Of a stretch of DNA of 60,068 bases, positions 21,001 to 29,509 are shown one piece after another (positions within the stretch are counted from its first letter, which is position 1; each line of letters opens with the position of its first letter). The translations under genes and the position numbers were made by a program. The stretch lies in the sequence record PZ445425.1. The stretch is one strand, 5' to 3'. The notes under the pieces are model-generated. The model saw nothing but the letters and a program-made list of their open reading frames with translations, was not told the DNA's origin and ran no database searches. This stretch comes from a phage.

Positions 21001-21170
21001 AAATGACTTTGGATTCTAACCCATTGTTATTGGATGCATTAGCTGCAATACAATCCCTCAAGAAAAAGGATCAAGATAATAAAGACCGTATTAGTAAACT
21101 TGAGACTGAAGTCGAGGAACTTAAGACGTTAGTTGCTACGCTTGTTAATAAAGAGCAACCATTACCATAA
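18090..21170 (+). CDS. tail fibre with C-terminal intramolecular chaperone domain
   Basis: Start set to ATG 18090 (RBS GGGAGA); C-terminal region and final coiled-coil resemble self-cleaving chaperone domains of fibres and tailspikes. Confidence 0.7.
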   Translation: MATRLRGTLVDGLNKPIVNATVALLAKGNSLLVLSGSEAIFKTSATGTYDITVQTGYYKVIIGPQGSEPYKAGEIAIYADSKEGTLNNYLTSWAPEELTPEVIAQVKDLVSQAETAKNASASSATKSEQERVKAEAAAKKAEDTANGMKASIGLTNNPRDCPDISGNPSSFLGFLRIMESAIGWPSVASGERYLSGFICPTLGSDPTFTGLFIGYLTGSTYTYKWNPSSGPLWYKHIKSSEIDRYSQLSDSTAIYNASKSASLVIKDTKTWGAWDNQTSKYIPLAIAQGGTGGVTDADARTNLGLGRSSSPTFGHLNLLVESDSALASSGMINQYLRNTNGTQRARSRIYSEIRGDNKAWLTLHLQSDAATNKYAGLSIDGNFQINGSFIGSALSLTDVATSKVNLQINRFVQNTGETDVVNHAATAQIFITDNKNWGAYDKELKRHIPLPVSQGGTGAVTIGDAKTNLQIPSVGAGDWLEIAAPSGVEAGKYYPIVIKAQYASLYASGFFIDIQTRSSSGSDPMNCCTFNGFIRTGGWSDRKDAGYGYYNRYGSNELALKCILVSAKNAEDNIAVYVEGRAFPVKMRIPQFCTATAVASASTYGEVTFAWGTSNPATDSVGVNTLFDFSLNRVGFYQASTVGNYYIGNGQRIVLSNGMSVGDELSLTTPKITFSGTVAAGNGFIADGTSVSNATFYSRYRVGDTIYGAEFRASENAAQVIVRDPTGTNHQFFNFNLNGSFSPPNGLLSSTGVDWNSQINTVNKFYGIAGQVNTPENNVVYGGIHVGFSGNYAFQICGRNGKSFFRTVEAGQEGQWNRLLVKNDYGVGSVAENLPNDASSGFYSDSKAISWAPGSGAGFQSSYDANRIWQFWLNQQSQALFRYNDSGNAQASKTDRPWTTLQAAGTSDINFKRVHGEMDTDVALDNISKLEFVYFNYLSDGPERDIRRGIIAQQAQEVDPEYVHSAETSGKMTLDSNPLLLDALAAIQSLKKKDQDNKDRISKLETEVEELKTLVATLVNKEQPLP

Positions 21171-21187
21171 CCACATCTAACTTCAAC

Positions 21188-21211
21188 AGCGCGTCTTCGG
21201 GCGCGCTTTTT
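21188..21211 (+). terminator. rho-independent terminator after tail fibre
   Basis: agcgcgtc-ttcg-ggcgcgct hairpin followed by TTTTT. Confidence 0.75.
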
Positions 21212-21341
21212 ATTGGCTGTCAATCCCAATTTACAAAATCTTTACATTTGGATCATTGTAAAAAGCATGTTAAGGGCTATGCTTTACTTCGTAACCAGTT
21301 GGTTACATCCGCTTAACAAATCCATATATGGAGATTTTCCT

Positions 21342-21590
21342 ATGTCTGACATGACTCTTTTACCTACTAATCTCGGTGGCGACGGTTTCGGTGGTGAAGC
21401 TGGTGCGGCTGGTATCGGTGGCGCGATCGGTGGCTTAATTGGTTCCTGGATCGGTAATGGTTGGGGTGGCAATGGTGGTTGGGGTGGTCGCGGTAACTTC
21501 GCTGGTCCGGTGGAAGTGCAAGCTTCTGTTGATACCAACGCAATTCTGCAAGCTATCAACAACGGTACTCTTCAGACCATTCAGGGGTAG
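21342..21590 (+). CDS. glycine-rich protein ending at in-frame TAG
   Basis: Start ATG 21342 (RBS GGAG); GGxGG-rich sequence; stop TAG at 21588-21590 is followed by 153 further in-frame sense codons. Confidence 0.5.
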   Translation: MSDMTLLPTNLGGDGFGGEAGAAGIGGAIGGLIGSWIGNGWGGNGGWGGRGNFAGPVEVQASVDTNAILQAINNGTLQTIQG

Positions 21591-22049
21591 AACGGTACTA
21601 ACCTGACTGTTGAGCGCTCCGCTGCTTCTACCTATAACGGTATTACTCAGCAGAACACTCAGAACCTACTGGCTTCCGTTCAGGGCTTTGCTGGTCTGAA
21701 CACGCAAATCCAGGGCGGCACCAGCCAAGTGCTCGCGGCTCTGTGTAACAACGAAGCAGCTAACATTACCCGCTCCTTCCAGGCTCAGTTAGAAGCTCAG
21801 AAGTGTTGCTGCGAAACCAACCTGAACATCGAGCGTCAAGCAGAAGCTACTCGTGCTCTCCTGCGCGATCAGCACGCACAAGCGCAAGCTGTTCTGATCT
21901 GTGACCTGAAGTCCCAGTTGCAGGAAGCTCGCTTTGCAAACTCTCAGTTGGCGCAGACGGCTGGCCTTACCTGTAAAATCAATCAGGTTGAGCAGTTAGT
22001 TAACTTTAAACTGCCAACTCCTCCGACTCCTCCGACTGGCTGCTGCTAA
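21591..22049 (+). CDS. in-frame continuation after TAG (possible readthrough product or separate GTG-start ORF)
   Basis: Same frame as 21342..21590 with no stop until 22047-22049; similar N/Q/T/G-rich composition; first canonical start is GTG at 21729. Confidence 0.35.
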   Translation, partial: NGTNLTVERSAASTYNGITQQNTQNLLASVQGFAGLNTQIQGGTSQVLAALCNNEAANITRSFQAQLEAQKCCCETNLNIERQAEATRALLRDQHAQAQAVLICDLKSQLQEARFANSQLAQTAGLTCKINQVEQLVNFKLPTPPTPPTGCC

Positions 22050-22071
22050 TCGTTGAAGTGTGGTTAAACTA

Positions 22072-22105
22072 AAGCGCCTTTCGCTCCTCCGCTTGGGGCG
22101 CTTTT
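22072..22105 (+). terminator. terminator-like hairpin
   Basis: aagcgcc ... ggcgctt stem with TTTT. Confidence 0.35.
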
Positions 22106-22120
22106 AACAGAGGTAATATC

Positions 22121-22489
22121 ATGAGCCACATTAAAATTGCAACGATGGGAATGCCACGGGTCAAATTGCCTAAGGTTGCTTTACCTCGCATTAGCGTAGG
22201 TGAGCACCACCATGAACATGAGAAAGAGGAATATAAACATGCTCACTCTTATGCTCGAGATCATGAACATATGGCAGCTATGTCAAATGTTCTTGACCGG
22301 ATGGAAGAACCTCCGCATACGTGGGCGGCGTACCACGACAAGCCCGGCGGTATGATGTCCATTGTTGAAATGGAATACCGCGAATTAATGGAGTGTAAGA
22401 AAGAAGGCGACCGCGCAGGGATCATGAAAGAGTTGACTGATCTTGCCGCAGCTTGTACTTGTGCTCTTCAAAAAATGAAAGATATGTAA
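22121..22489 (+). CDS. His/Glu-rich protein, possibly MazG-like nucleotide pyrophosphohydrolase
   Basis: 122 aa; EEYxxxxE and ELTDL acidic motifs; weak assignment. Confidence 0.3.
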   Translation: MSHIKIATMGMPRVKLPKVALPRISVGEHHHEHEKEEYKHAHSYARDHEHMAAMSNVLDRMEEPPHTWAAYHDKPGGMMSIVEMEYRELMECKKEGDRAGIMKELTDLAAACTCALQKMKDM

Positions 22490-22504
22490 GAATAGGAAGC
22501 CGAC

Positions 22505-23035
22505 ATGCAAAACGTAAACGCAGGAATGGGCGTAACCCAGTTCAACGGGATGAAACCGAAAAACTCCATCAACATGGGCGGTGTTGATTGGACGTTACGT
22601 CGGGACGCTACCGATTCAACTACCATGTTCCCACACCAGAAGGTAAGCTGGCTTAATGCTGGCTGTGAACCTATGGGTGATGGAAGGGTTCATTACTGTT
22701 GGATTATGGGAGTGATACCGCCTACGCCGGGCACTATCGAACGACCCGTGAATGTGATGTATGTCGGCTTCCACCAGTTCAAGATTACAATTGCTCCAAA
22801 CTCCATTAGTCAGTCAGATCTTGATCGTATGCATGTTTACGTCAGCGATGGCACAGACTTCGCAGGGGATTTTATTAGTAAGTTTCTTGGTATGCAACCA
22901 GAGCAGCCTGTAGAAGCACGCGAGCATATTAGCCCGTGGCCACCCATGATTGATCAGGAAGTGCTGCAACCAAAGACCGCTCAAACGGTCCCTCAGAAAC
23001 CGGAGCAGAAGGTGAAACCAAATGACGAAGAATGA
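22505..23035 (+). CDS. hypothetical protein
   Basis: 176-aa ORF with RBS. Confidence 0.5.
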   Translation: MQNVNAGMGVTQFNGMKPKNSINMGGVDWTLRRDATDSTTMFPHQKVSWLNAGCEPMGDGRVHYCWIMGVIPPTPGTIERPVNVMYVGFHQFKITIAPNSISQSDLDRMHVYVSDGTDFAGDFISKFLGMQPEQPVEAREHISPWPPMIDQEVLQPKTAQTVPQKPEQKVKPNDEE

Positions 23036-23306
23036 AGGTATTGATAAAGTCGTTGAAGGGCTTTCTATTCGTGCTCATGTTATAGCAGACGAAGGTCATG
23101 ATCAACTTACAATTATGAAATCTGCATTCAGCGATTTTAAGTCTCTTGGAAACTTAAGCGGGTTAATGACTGTGGTGTCGACCGGAAAATTAACCCAGCA
23201 GCAAATCAGTCTAGCTCAGCGTATTGCTGTTAAAGTTATTGCGGTACTTGGGATGATTGAAGCTGAAAAGCCCAGTTCCAAGCAGGATAACGAAAGCGAC
23301 CTTTAA
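23022..23306 (+). CDS. hypothetical protein
   Basis: 94-aa ORF overlapping upstream stop. Confidence 0.45.
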   Translation: MTKNEGIDKVVEGLSIRAHVIADEGHDQLTIMKSAFSDFKSLGNLSGLMTVVSTGKLTQQQISLAQRIAVKVIAVLGMIEAEKPSSKQDNESDL

Positions 23307-23317
23307 GGAGGTCTACT

Positions 23318-23521
23318 ATGTGTGGTAATACTAACCGTTGCTGTCTAGGCAGTCCTGCAACACAAGCAGGTATACTTCAGGGGCAATTGGCTCAAGCAGC
23401 GTGTAATTGCAAAACTTTTCAACCAGTAGCGCCAACTCCTGTGTTTGTGAATGCTTTTGCACCGCCTGTTTTCAATACTTTTGGCGTATACCCATACGGT
23501 GCTTTCTTTCGTATATTCTAA
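23318..23521 (+). CDS. small Cys-rich protein
   Basis: 67 aa, RBS GGAGG; several Cys. Confidence 0.4.
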   Translation: MCGNTNRCCLGSPATQAGILQGQLAQAACNCKTFQPVAPTPVFVNAFAPPVFNTFGVYPYGAFFRIF

Positions 23522-23527
23522 GAAGAG

Positions 23528-23553
23528 AAAAGGGGCAGACGCCCCCTTTCTTT
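23528..23553. terminator. bidirectional terminator between plus and minus modules
   Basis: aaaaggggc-agac-gccccctttc; A-run and T-run flank the stem. Confidence 0.7.
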
Positions 23554-23833
23554 AACGCTTATGAAAAGCTGACAGGATTGCAAGTGTTACAGCACCCAAT
23601 CCGACGACGGTAGCATAAGTGAGTTGGGGTTGAACTTTAACAAAGCCATAATAGGTGCTAGGGATGTCTACAATCCCAAACGCCATAGCAAAGCTGGTCC
23701 CAAGTAGTGCTACAGCAAGGGCGCGTAATAACGCCCTGCTCATTGCTGTAAAGCCCTTCTCATTACTATCTCCGGTCATTATAACAACAATGATTAGAAA
23801 TAGCGAAACGACAACTAATAGATATTCCATCAT
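23552..23833 (-). CDS. small membrane protein
   Basis: 93 aa with two to three hydrophobic helices. Confidence 0.45.
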   Translation of the reverse strand: MMEYLLVVVSLFLIIVVIMTGDSNEKGFTAMSRALLRALAVALLGTSFAMAFGIVDIPSTYYGFVKVQPQLTYATVVGLGAVTLAILSAFHKR

Positions 23834-24036
23834 TTGCGTCTCCTGTACATGTATTGATCATACGCAGTCGCAATAATAGCGACTGGCCAGCAAGCGAGTA
23901 TACATAGAAGACTTACAATCTTCTCCCAACGTTTCTTATGGGCTAGCGCATAATCATAGTTATTCCAACAAAAGAAATAAGTCATTGCTGCAATAACTGC
24001 ACCAATTACAAAATACATAACCACATATTCATGCAT
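23830..24036 (-). CDS. small membrane protein
   Basis: 68 aa with hydrophobic helices. Confidence 0.45.
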   Translation of the reverse strand: MHEYVVMYFVIGAVIAAMTYFFCWNNYDYALAHKKRWEKIVSLLCILACWPVAIIATAYDQYMYRRRK

Positions 24037-24223
24037 CGGTAAACTCCCAAATCAGATTATAATTATTTCCCGCTGGTACATAGCGCCCTGGACGTGGATC
24101 GAAGCTTTTCACTGAAAACTCCAGCGTTCCAGCGCTATATAGTTGCACCTTTTGTCCGTCCCACGGTCCGCCGATCAATTTAAAAGTCTGTCGATAACCT
24201 TTTGCAGCTTTAGCCATGCTCAC
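24029..24223 (-). CDS. hypothetical small protein
   Basis: 64 aa; RBS AAGGAG upstream. Confidence 0.45.
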   Translation of the reverse strand: MSMAKAAKGYRQTFKLIGGPWDGQKVQLYSAGTLEFSVKSFDPRPGRYVPAGNNYNLIWEFTDA

Positions 24224-24230
24224 TCCTTAA

Positions 24231-24259
24231 ATACCCGCGCGAACGCGGGTATTATTTTA
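24231..24259. promoter_or_regulatory. intergenic hairpin
   Basis: atacccgcg-cgaa-cgcgggtat. Confidence 0.35.
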
Positions 24260-24475
24260 TTACGCTTCCGGTGTTTCCGGTGTTTCCGGTGATGGTTCAT
24301 CAGGAACAACAATAACGTCGGCTAAAACTTTTAACGCTTCTTGCTGCTCCGCGGTCATATTATTCCAGTAATAGACGTGAATGTAAACTACTGGTTTGTC
24401 ACCATGTTGCCACGGTTCGCGACTTACTACATCCGCAGCTAAATCGCTTGCTACGCTCTTTTCTTTACCAGCCAT
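24260..24475 (-). CDS. acidic small protein
   Basis: 71 aa with PETPETPE C-terminus encoded by a cggtgtttc tandem repeat. Confidence 0.4.
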   Translation of the reverse strand: MAGKEKSVASDLAADVVSREPWQHGDKPVVYIHVYYWNNMTAEQQEALKVLADVIVVPDEPSPETPETPEA

Positions 24476-24507
24476 GCTAATATACCCCTTTAAGGTTTTA
24501 CACGCGG

Positions 24508-24801
24508 CTAGCCCCCAAAAGTACCCCTATGATCAAGGGTTCTAATGCGCTGCTCCAGCCAACGTGCGTTCTTTTCAAAATGTTTATTGGTACGCGCTGC
24601 TTTGCACGCATCAATAATACCTAACTCACATCCAAGCTGCGTTTGTCCCATCACGTAAGAATGAGTTAACATGCTGGATACAAGGTCTTCACATTGTAAC
24701 TTAATAGGATGGTCTTGGCATAGTTTCTTTGCTGCATCTTTTAAATCCACACCTTGGACACCAGGCGCTATCAGCAAAGTTACGAGTAATAAACGTTTCA
24801 T
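24508..24801 (-). CDS. secreted/periplasmic small protein
   Basis: 97 aa with N-terminal signal peptide and four Cys. Confidence 0.45.
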   Translation of the reverse strand: MKRLLLVTLLIAPGVQGVDLKDAAKKLCQDHPIKLQCEDLVSSMLTHSYVMGQTQLGCELGIIDACKAARTNKHFEKNARWLEQRIRTLDHRGTFGG

Positions 24802-24902
24802 TATGCTTTCCCTTTACGACATAAGGCTTGAAGTTCCAGAAGCGCATCAATGTCTTCCTGTGGAGTTACACCAACGTGAATTGGATATTTAGCGCGACAT
24901 TC

Positions 24903-25085
24903 TTAGCCAACTTCAACAGTGTGGTTAATGTAGCCGTAAACACATCCACCAATAACAGTGAAGATAAGCGCAACAATCATTGTAAGGTATTTACCTTGTT
25001 TGCGTTCTTCATTTTGTTTATTAAGCTGACGGTTAAGTTCCACCGCGTCGATTTTACCTTTGTTGTAATCGTCTACTAAGCTCAT
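24903..25085 (-). CDS. small membrane protein
   Basis: Start moved to ATG at 25085 (RBS AGGAG); one transmembrane helix. Confidence 0.4.
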   Translation of the reverse strand: MSLVDDYNKGKIDAVELNRQLNKQNEERKQGKYLTMIVALIFTVIGGCVYGYINHTVEVG

Positions 25086-25116
25086 TTTGCATCTCCTCTT
25101 GTTGTATGCATATATT

Positions 25117-25139
25117 AAAACAGACCCGCGAAGGGTCTG
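25117..25139 (-). terminator. terminator after DNA polymerase gene
   Basis: cagaccc-gcgaa-gggtctg; T-run on minus strand. Confidence 0.55.
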
Positions 25140-25149
25140 CAAGTAGAAT

Positions 25150-27135
25150 TTAGGCATATCCCATGTCTTCGAGATACTTCTCTGCTTTAGCTATATAAGC
25201 ATCATAATCTATGTCGTCCGGTATTTTATCCGGTAGCGTCATGATTGGGACACCTCCCGCGCTACCAGCTACACGGTTGCCCGAGTTAGCATAGATTATT
25301 TCAGGGGTTTCTTCATTGGTGCTTAAATACCAGCGTACAACCTTACCCAAAAATTCGCCATTCCATACCGCGCCGCCTTTTACTGCACGTAGGATAATGA
25401 ATTTTCTAATATCGTTGCAATTGCGTATAGTACGAGAAACAGGCGTACCGTGGGCCAAACATTCACATACAGCTTCCATAATAATTTCACCAGTACAGTT
25501 CTTTTGAAGCCCTGTCTTGGCAAACCAGCCCTTACGCTTAACTTCAACGTTACCTTCTGCATCAGGTTCTTTGACAGCTACATAGTTGTTAACGTTCGCG
25601 CTATATAGCTTGTCATAATAAGTGGATTCCATTTCAAAACCTGTGACGGATTCCCACCACTTGATCATGTTATCAACGAAGTCCTGCATGTGGTCAGGAT
25701 ACTTAACCACAATACCATCCGTGTTAGCTGAAATTACTTTAACACCGTTTAGCTCGAATGCTTCAATAAGCATTAACAGTGATAGTTGCCCTGTGATAGT
25801 TACCTGTATCAACAATTGCGGAGCGTACAGTACGGACCACATTGAACCCAATTTACCAAACGATCCGTTAATTACGATCTTCAGCGTATTGGCTGTGTTC
25901 TTGTCCCCTGAGTGCTTAGCTGCAATACGTCGGTCTACAATGCTTTTATAAACACGAAGAAACGCTGGTCCCAACTGCTCAGGATACAAGCCCTGATTAA
26001 GAATAATCGAAGGGTAATAGGACGTTACGTCAATATCCCGCTTCTTGATTCCAGGCTCTTTACCGTGTCCAGCGCATTCTTCAGAGCTGTGCAAACCACC
26101 AATACCCATACGGTAAACACCGTCTGCAATTTTAATCTCCAGGCCTGATAACGCTGGGGGCAAGCTAACGCCACCGTTATCGCTAACAACAAAGCGGCAG
26201 TCCCGAACAATATCCAAAACACTATTCATCAGAGGTGTTTGAAAACGAATAAAGTCCGGTATGTTATATGCATATTTAGTTCCAGGATAAACTTGTGGAC
26301 GCTGCGGACGCACGCCCGTTAACGCTTGAATTTCGTGTTTAATCACGTCTTCTGCAATCTGCGCATCAGAACGTGAACGCAGATCCACACCGTATTCTTG
26401 CGACATAATTACACGAAGATGTAAAGGTTCCTGTAATGCAATAAAACATTCTTCCGTCTGTACAAGGTCGTTAATACAGTACCAGCGTACAATCAACATC
26501 TGGTCCTGCGTCAGCATTGTATTTGGCTTGAACGGTAAATCCTGCATATGGCGAGTATGTACACGTCCGCCATATTGTTTCAAACCACCGGACCCAGGCA
26601 GCACTTCCATAATATCAATGTGGTTAACGTTCTGCATACGCTTAAGGCGGTAACTCTTCAACACATCGGAAGGACGCCAGTCTTCCACGATTATCTTATC
26701 GGTTGCATCTTTAAGCTGAGCATTAGAGCATCCGTTAAGCGCAAGCGTAGCAATGGGCATATCGTACCCGTTACCGTTAAAGCTTACGATAAGGAAGTTT
26801 GTCATTACCCAGTTAAGTAACAAGCAATTCAAACTACAACCGTGATACATTTCAAAGTAAACAACTTTCTTAGTTCGTACTCCGCGAAATGCAATTAAGA
26901 AATAGTTTAGATAACATTCAATATCGTACACAAGCGGTTCGCGGTTAATCCATGCTTGAATAAGTTCGTCCTGCGTATACAGGTTGTATTGGAAGTTCCG
27001 CGCTTCTTCAAGGTTAGGCAGATAATCCGGGCGCTCCCAAGTGCGCTCCGGCGGTAAACGTTTAACCTTTTCTTTCTTTGCTTTTGGCTCAGGCGGTAAG
27101 TCCTGCCAAAAGAAACCAATAGCATCTGTCCGCAT
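25150..27135 (-). CDS. DNA polymerase with family-B-like motifs and 3'-5' exonuclease
   Basis: Exo motifs YDIECY, FNGNGYD, YCINDL; polymerase motifs DVTSYYPSII, KIVINGSFGK, NTDG; start set to ATG 27135, overlapping upstream stop as TAATG. Confidence 0.6.
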   Translation of the reverse strand: MRTDAIGFFWQDLPPEPKAKKEKVKRLPPERTWERPDYLPNLEEARNFQYNLYTQDELIQAWINREPLVYDIECYLNYFLIAFRGVRTKKVVYFEMYHGCSLNCLLLNWVMTNFLIVSFNGNGYDMPIATLALNGCSNAQLKDATDKIIVEDWRPSDVLKSYRLKRMQNVNHIDIMEVLPGSGGLKQYGGRVHTRHMQDLPFKPNTMLTQDQMLIVRWYCINDLVQTEECFIALQEPLHLRVIMSQEYGVDLRSRSDAQIAEDVIKHEIQALTGVRPQRPQVYPGTKYAYNIPDFIRFQTPLMNSVLDIVRDCRFVVSDNGGVSLPPALSGLEIKIADGVYRMGIGGLHSSEECAGHGKEPGIKKRDIDVTSYYPSIILNQGLYPEQLGPAFLRVYKSIVDRRIAAKHSGDKNTANTLKIVINGSFGKLGSMWSVLYAPQLLIQVTITGQLSLLMLIEAFELNGVKVISANTDGIVVKYPDHMQDFVDNMIKWWESVTGFEMESTYYDKLYSANVNNYVAVKEPDAEGNVEVKRKGWFAKTGLQKNCTGEIIMEAVCECLAHGTPVSRTIRNCNDIRKFIILRAVKGGAVWNGEFLGKVVRWYLSTNEETPEIIYANSGNRVAGSAGGVPIMTLPDKIPDDIDYDAYIAKAEKYLEDMGYA

Positions 27136-28088
27136 TAGACACGTTCTCCAATTAATACACCGCGAAGATTTTCCCCAAAGAATGCGCAAGGTTGCGGATA
27201 CAAACTAAAGTCCGCAGTCTTAACCACATTTTCAAGCAATAGCAGGATATCAATATTGTACACTCCCGTAATTGTCCGGTCCTGCAATACGAAGCTTGCA
27301 CCTTCCGCATCATCATAGTGAGTACGGGCTAGACCGTTTTCGATATATACACGCGGTCTGTCTTCTGCGAAAGGTTTGATTTTATGCAAGCCTTCAAAAA
27401 GACCTGGATCAACAGGATGTGCATTGCATGGAACATTTAAAATACGACGTATATCTGGCCACTCCGCATCAATAAGCTGTGTCCGCAACCAGCGACCTTC
27501 CGGATAATGAAACGTTACGTTATTTTTACTGACCTGAATATGCGTCGGGTTAGCTTTAATACGCAGTATTTCTTTAATTGCAACGGAAGGTATTATGCAA
27601 TCGATAGGGAACTGATTACCAAACCAGTATTCCGCAATAGTGACGTTATTTGTAGCAAACAGGCTACCGTTATTAATCAGGATACCGCAAGCCCACGGAC
27701 GGGAAGCATCGGACCCAACAAATGGAGCAACGGACTTTACACCATGCACGAAGCGAGCACCGTCTATCTCGTATAACTCCCCTTCAGGGAATACGTGAGG
27801 CGTTTCCTTGTCAATGCAGCGTATAGCAACACGAAACGGTCCGGACTTGATATTAAGTTTACCGTTAGCCATCATTGTTAACTGTACGGTTTCGTCACAG
27901 TTTGAAATAGCCTTAATCATTGGACCCGCTTCGGGCTTACAATCAATATCCAGCTCAATAGGACTACCCAGTGCAATAACACCGTTAAAGCCTTGTACCT
28001 GCCCGTCACGAATAAGAAAACTGGTAAGCCCTTCTACCAGTTCCTTTTTAGCAACAGAGCCTTGAACAAATTTAAGAGCGTCTAACAT
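27135..28088 (-). CDS. hypothetical protein (317 aa) coupled to polymerase
   Basis: Long ORF with no recognisable motif; recurring TTAACCACA box about 22 nt upstream. Confidence 0.5.
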   Translation of the reverse strand: MLDALKFVQGSVAKKELVEGLTSFLIRDGQVQGFNGVIALGSPIELDIDCKPEAGPMIKAISNCDETVQLTMMANGKLNIKSGPFRVAIRCIDKETPHVFPEGELYEIDGARFVHGVKSVAPFVGSDASRPWACGILINNGSLFATNNVTIAEYWFGNQFPIDCIIPSVAIKEILRIKANPTHIQVSKNNVTFHYPEGRWLRTQLIDAEWPDIRRILNVPCNAHPVDPGLFEGLHKIKPFAEDRPRVYIENGLARTHYDDAEGASFVLQDRTITGVYNIDILLLLENVVKTADFSLYPQPCAFFGENLRGVLIGERV

Positions 28089-28315
28089 TAGCGATCCTCG
28101 ATTGCTCTAATTGTGGTTAAATCTAATTCACAGGTTGGAGGGTATCCATAAAGTCCCATTTGTTTTCCTTGTGCATTAAACCATGTGCCTGACGGATCCT
28201 GCCACTGCTTAGGTGTCTTGTGGAGAAATACTACTCTGTTTTCACCGTAATAATTAATTCTTACGCCTGTGTGAGTATATTTACGTTTACTTTTTGGTCT
28301 TCTTAAGTTAGCCAT
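28088..28315 (-). CDS. hypothetical basic protein
   Basis: 75-aa ORF, stop/start overlap with neighbours. Confidence 0.4.
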   Translation of the reverse strand: MANLRRPKSKRKYTHTGVRINYYGENRVVFLHKTPKQWQDPSGTWFNAQGKQMGLYGYPPTCELDLTTIRAIEDR

Positions 28316-29235
28316 CAGAACAACTCCATTACACGATCACGGAACGTGCCGTCATGGGTAGCATTAATATTTGCAGCAATTACACCATACGCCCATAAAT
28401 TGAAGGCGGCACGTGATTCATAGATTGTTGATAAACGTTCGTAAGTAAAACCGTTTTGCTCAAGGTATTTAAGGACAGCGTCCTGTTCAATTTCAGTTAG
28501 CGTTGAAACATGCTTACCAAAATGGTGACGGTCTGGTGACTTATCAGATACGCGCATTGGGCCCCACGGAGGAGTAACCACACTTCCAAACGCTGCCGCT
28601 TGAATCCAGGAGGATGAGTCACAGCTATACCACGGGTAACGCTCCATAATGGTTGTGGAGGTGATACCAAATGCATGAAGCTTAATCTTAGGACGACCGC
28701 TACCGTCGCAGATGTATTTGTCCCACATGCGGTCCAGCCAAGTTTTAAGCGTGTCCGTTGAACGCCCTACCATGCCACCAATCGTGATATATTCGTAGTT
28801 CTTCATGTAATATTCAAGATAGCGGAAGTCCTCACCAAAGTGAAAGCACGGTAACGGTTTAGCACCGCGTGCTTCCATTTCAAGCTGGTTACGGTAGGTT
28901 TGCAGTGGATCACCGATACCATCAAGCACCGAGGCCATTACAGCACCATCTTCTACCCGCAGAATATCTTTATTGCGTTTGATGTACTCACAGTATTCAA
29001 CAATATCAATGTGAGCACCTAACGAGTGCGCGGAGAATGCACCAGAGTCGAGAAACACTTTAGCCCCATCCGCACGCATTTGATCAACATACTTCTGACG
29101 CCCAACGTAGTGGTAGGATTCCAAAATATGGGGCAGATTGCGCGTGATATTTTTCTCATGCTCAGACAGCTTTTCATAACGCTGCTGTCCAGGCATATAT
29201 CCGTTCGTGTAAACTGCTGCCATAAAAACGTTCAT
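28315..29235 (-). CDS. dpdA: DpdA-like DNA-guanine transglycosylase (TGT family)
   Basis: 306 aa; VFLDSGAFS motif resembling the TGT catalytic DSGGFQ; no zinc subdomain; co-located with preQ0 synthesis genes. Confidence 0.6.
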   Translation of the reverse strand: MNVFMAAVYTNGYMPGQQRYEKLSEHEKNITRNLPHILESYHYVGRQKYVDQMRADGAKVFLDSGAFSAHSLGAHIDIVEYCEYIKRNKDILRVEDGAVMASVLDGIGDPLQTYRNQLEMEARGAKPLPCFHFGEDFRYLEYYMKNYEYITIGGMVGRSTDTLKTWLDRMWDKYICDGSGRPKIKLHAFGITSTTIMERYPWYSCDSSSWIQAAAFGSVVTPPWGPMRVSDKSPDRHHFGKHVSTLTEIEQDAVLKYLEQNGFTYERLSTIYESRAAFNLWAYGVIAANINATHDGTFRDRVMELF

Positions 29236-29440
29236 TTTTGGAATGGTCCTCCAAACTGATCAATTAATTCTAAAGTACGCCAAGCTTCATTAAATGCTTC
29301 GTCCGCTCGATGTTTAGCGTCAATAAGCTGCTGCTTTAAAACATCTGTAGGCGCATCATTCTGTATTGCAGAGCAAGCATCCGCAGTACCTGCTTTAAGC
29401 TGGTAGAATGCTGTCTCTAAGATTAGTTGTCTTGACATAT
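29232..29440 (-). CDS. hypothetical small protein
   Basis: Start trimmed to ATG 29440 (RBS GGAGGA). Confidence 0.4.
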
Positions 29441-29453
29441 TTCCTCCAATGAC

Positions 29454-29490
29454 TAAAAAGCCCATACCAGTATTATGACCGATATGGGCT
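29454..29490 (-). terminator. terminator-like hairpin downstream of folE
   Basis: agcccata / tatgggct stem with 16-nt loop; TTTTT on minus strand. Confidence 0.45.
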
Positions 29491-29509
29491 TGATCTGTAA
29501 AGCTATCTA

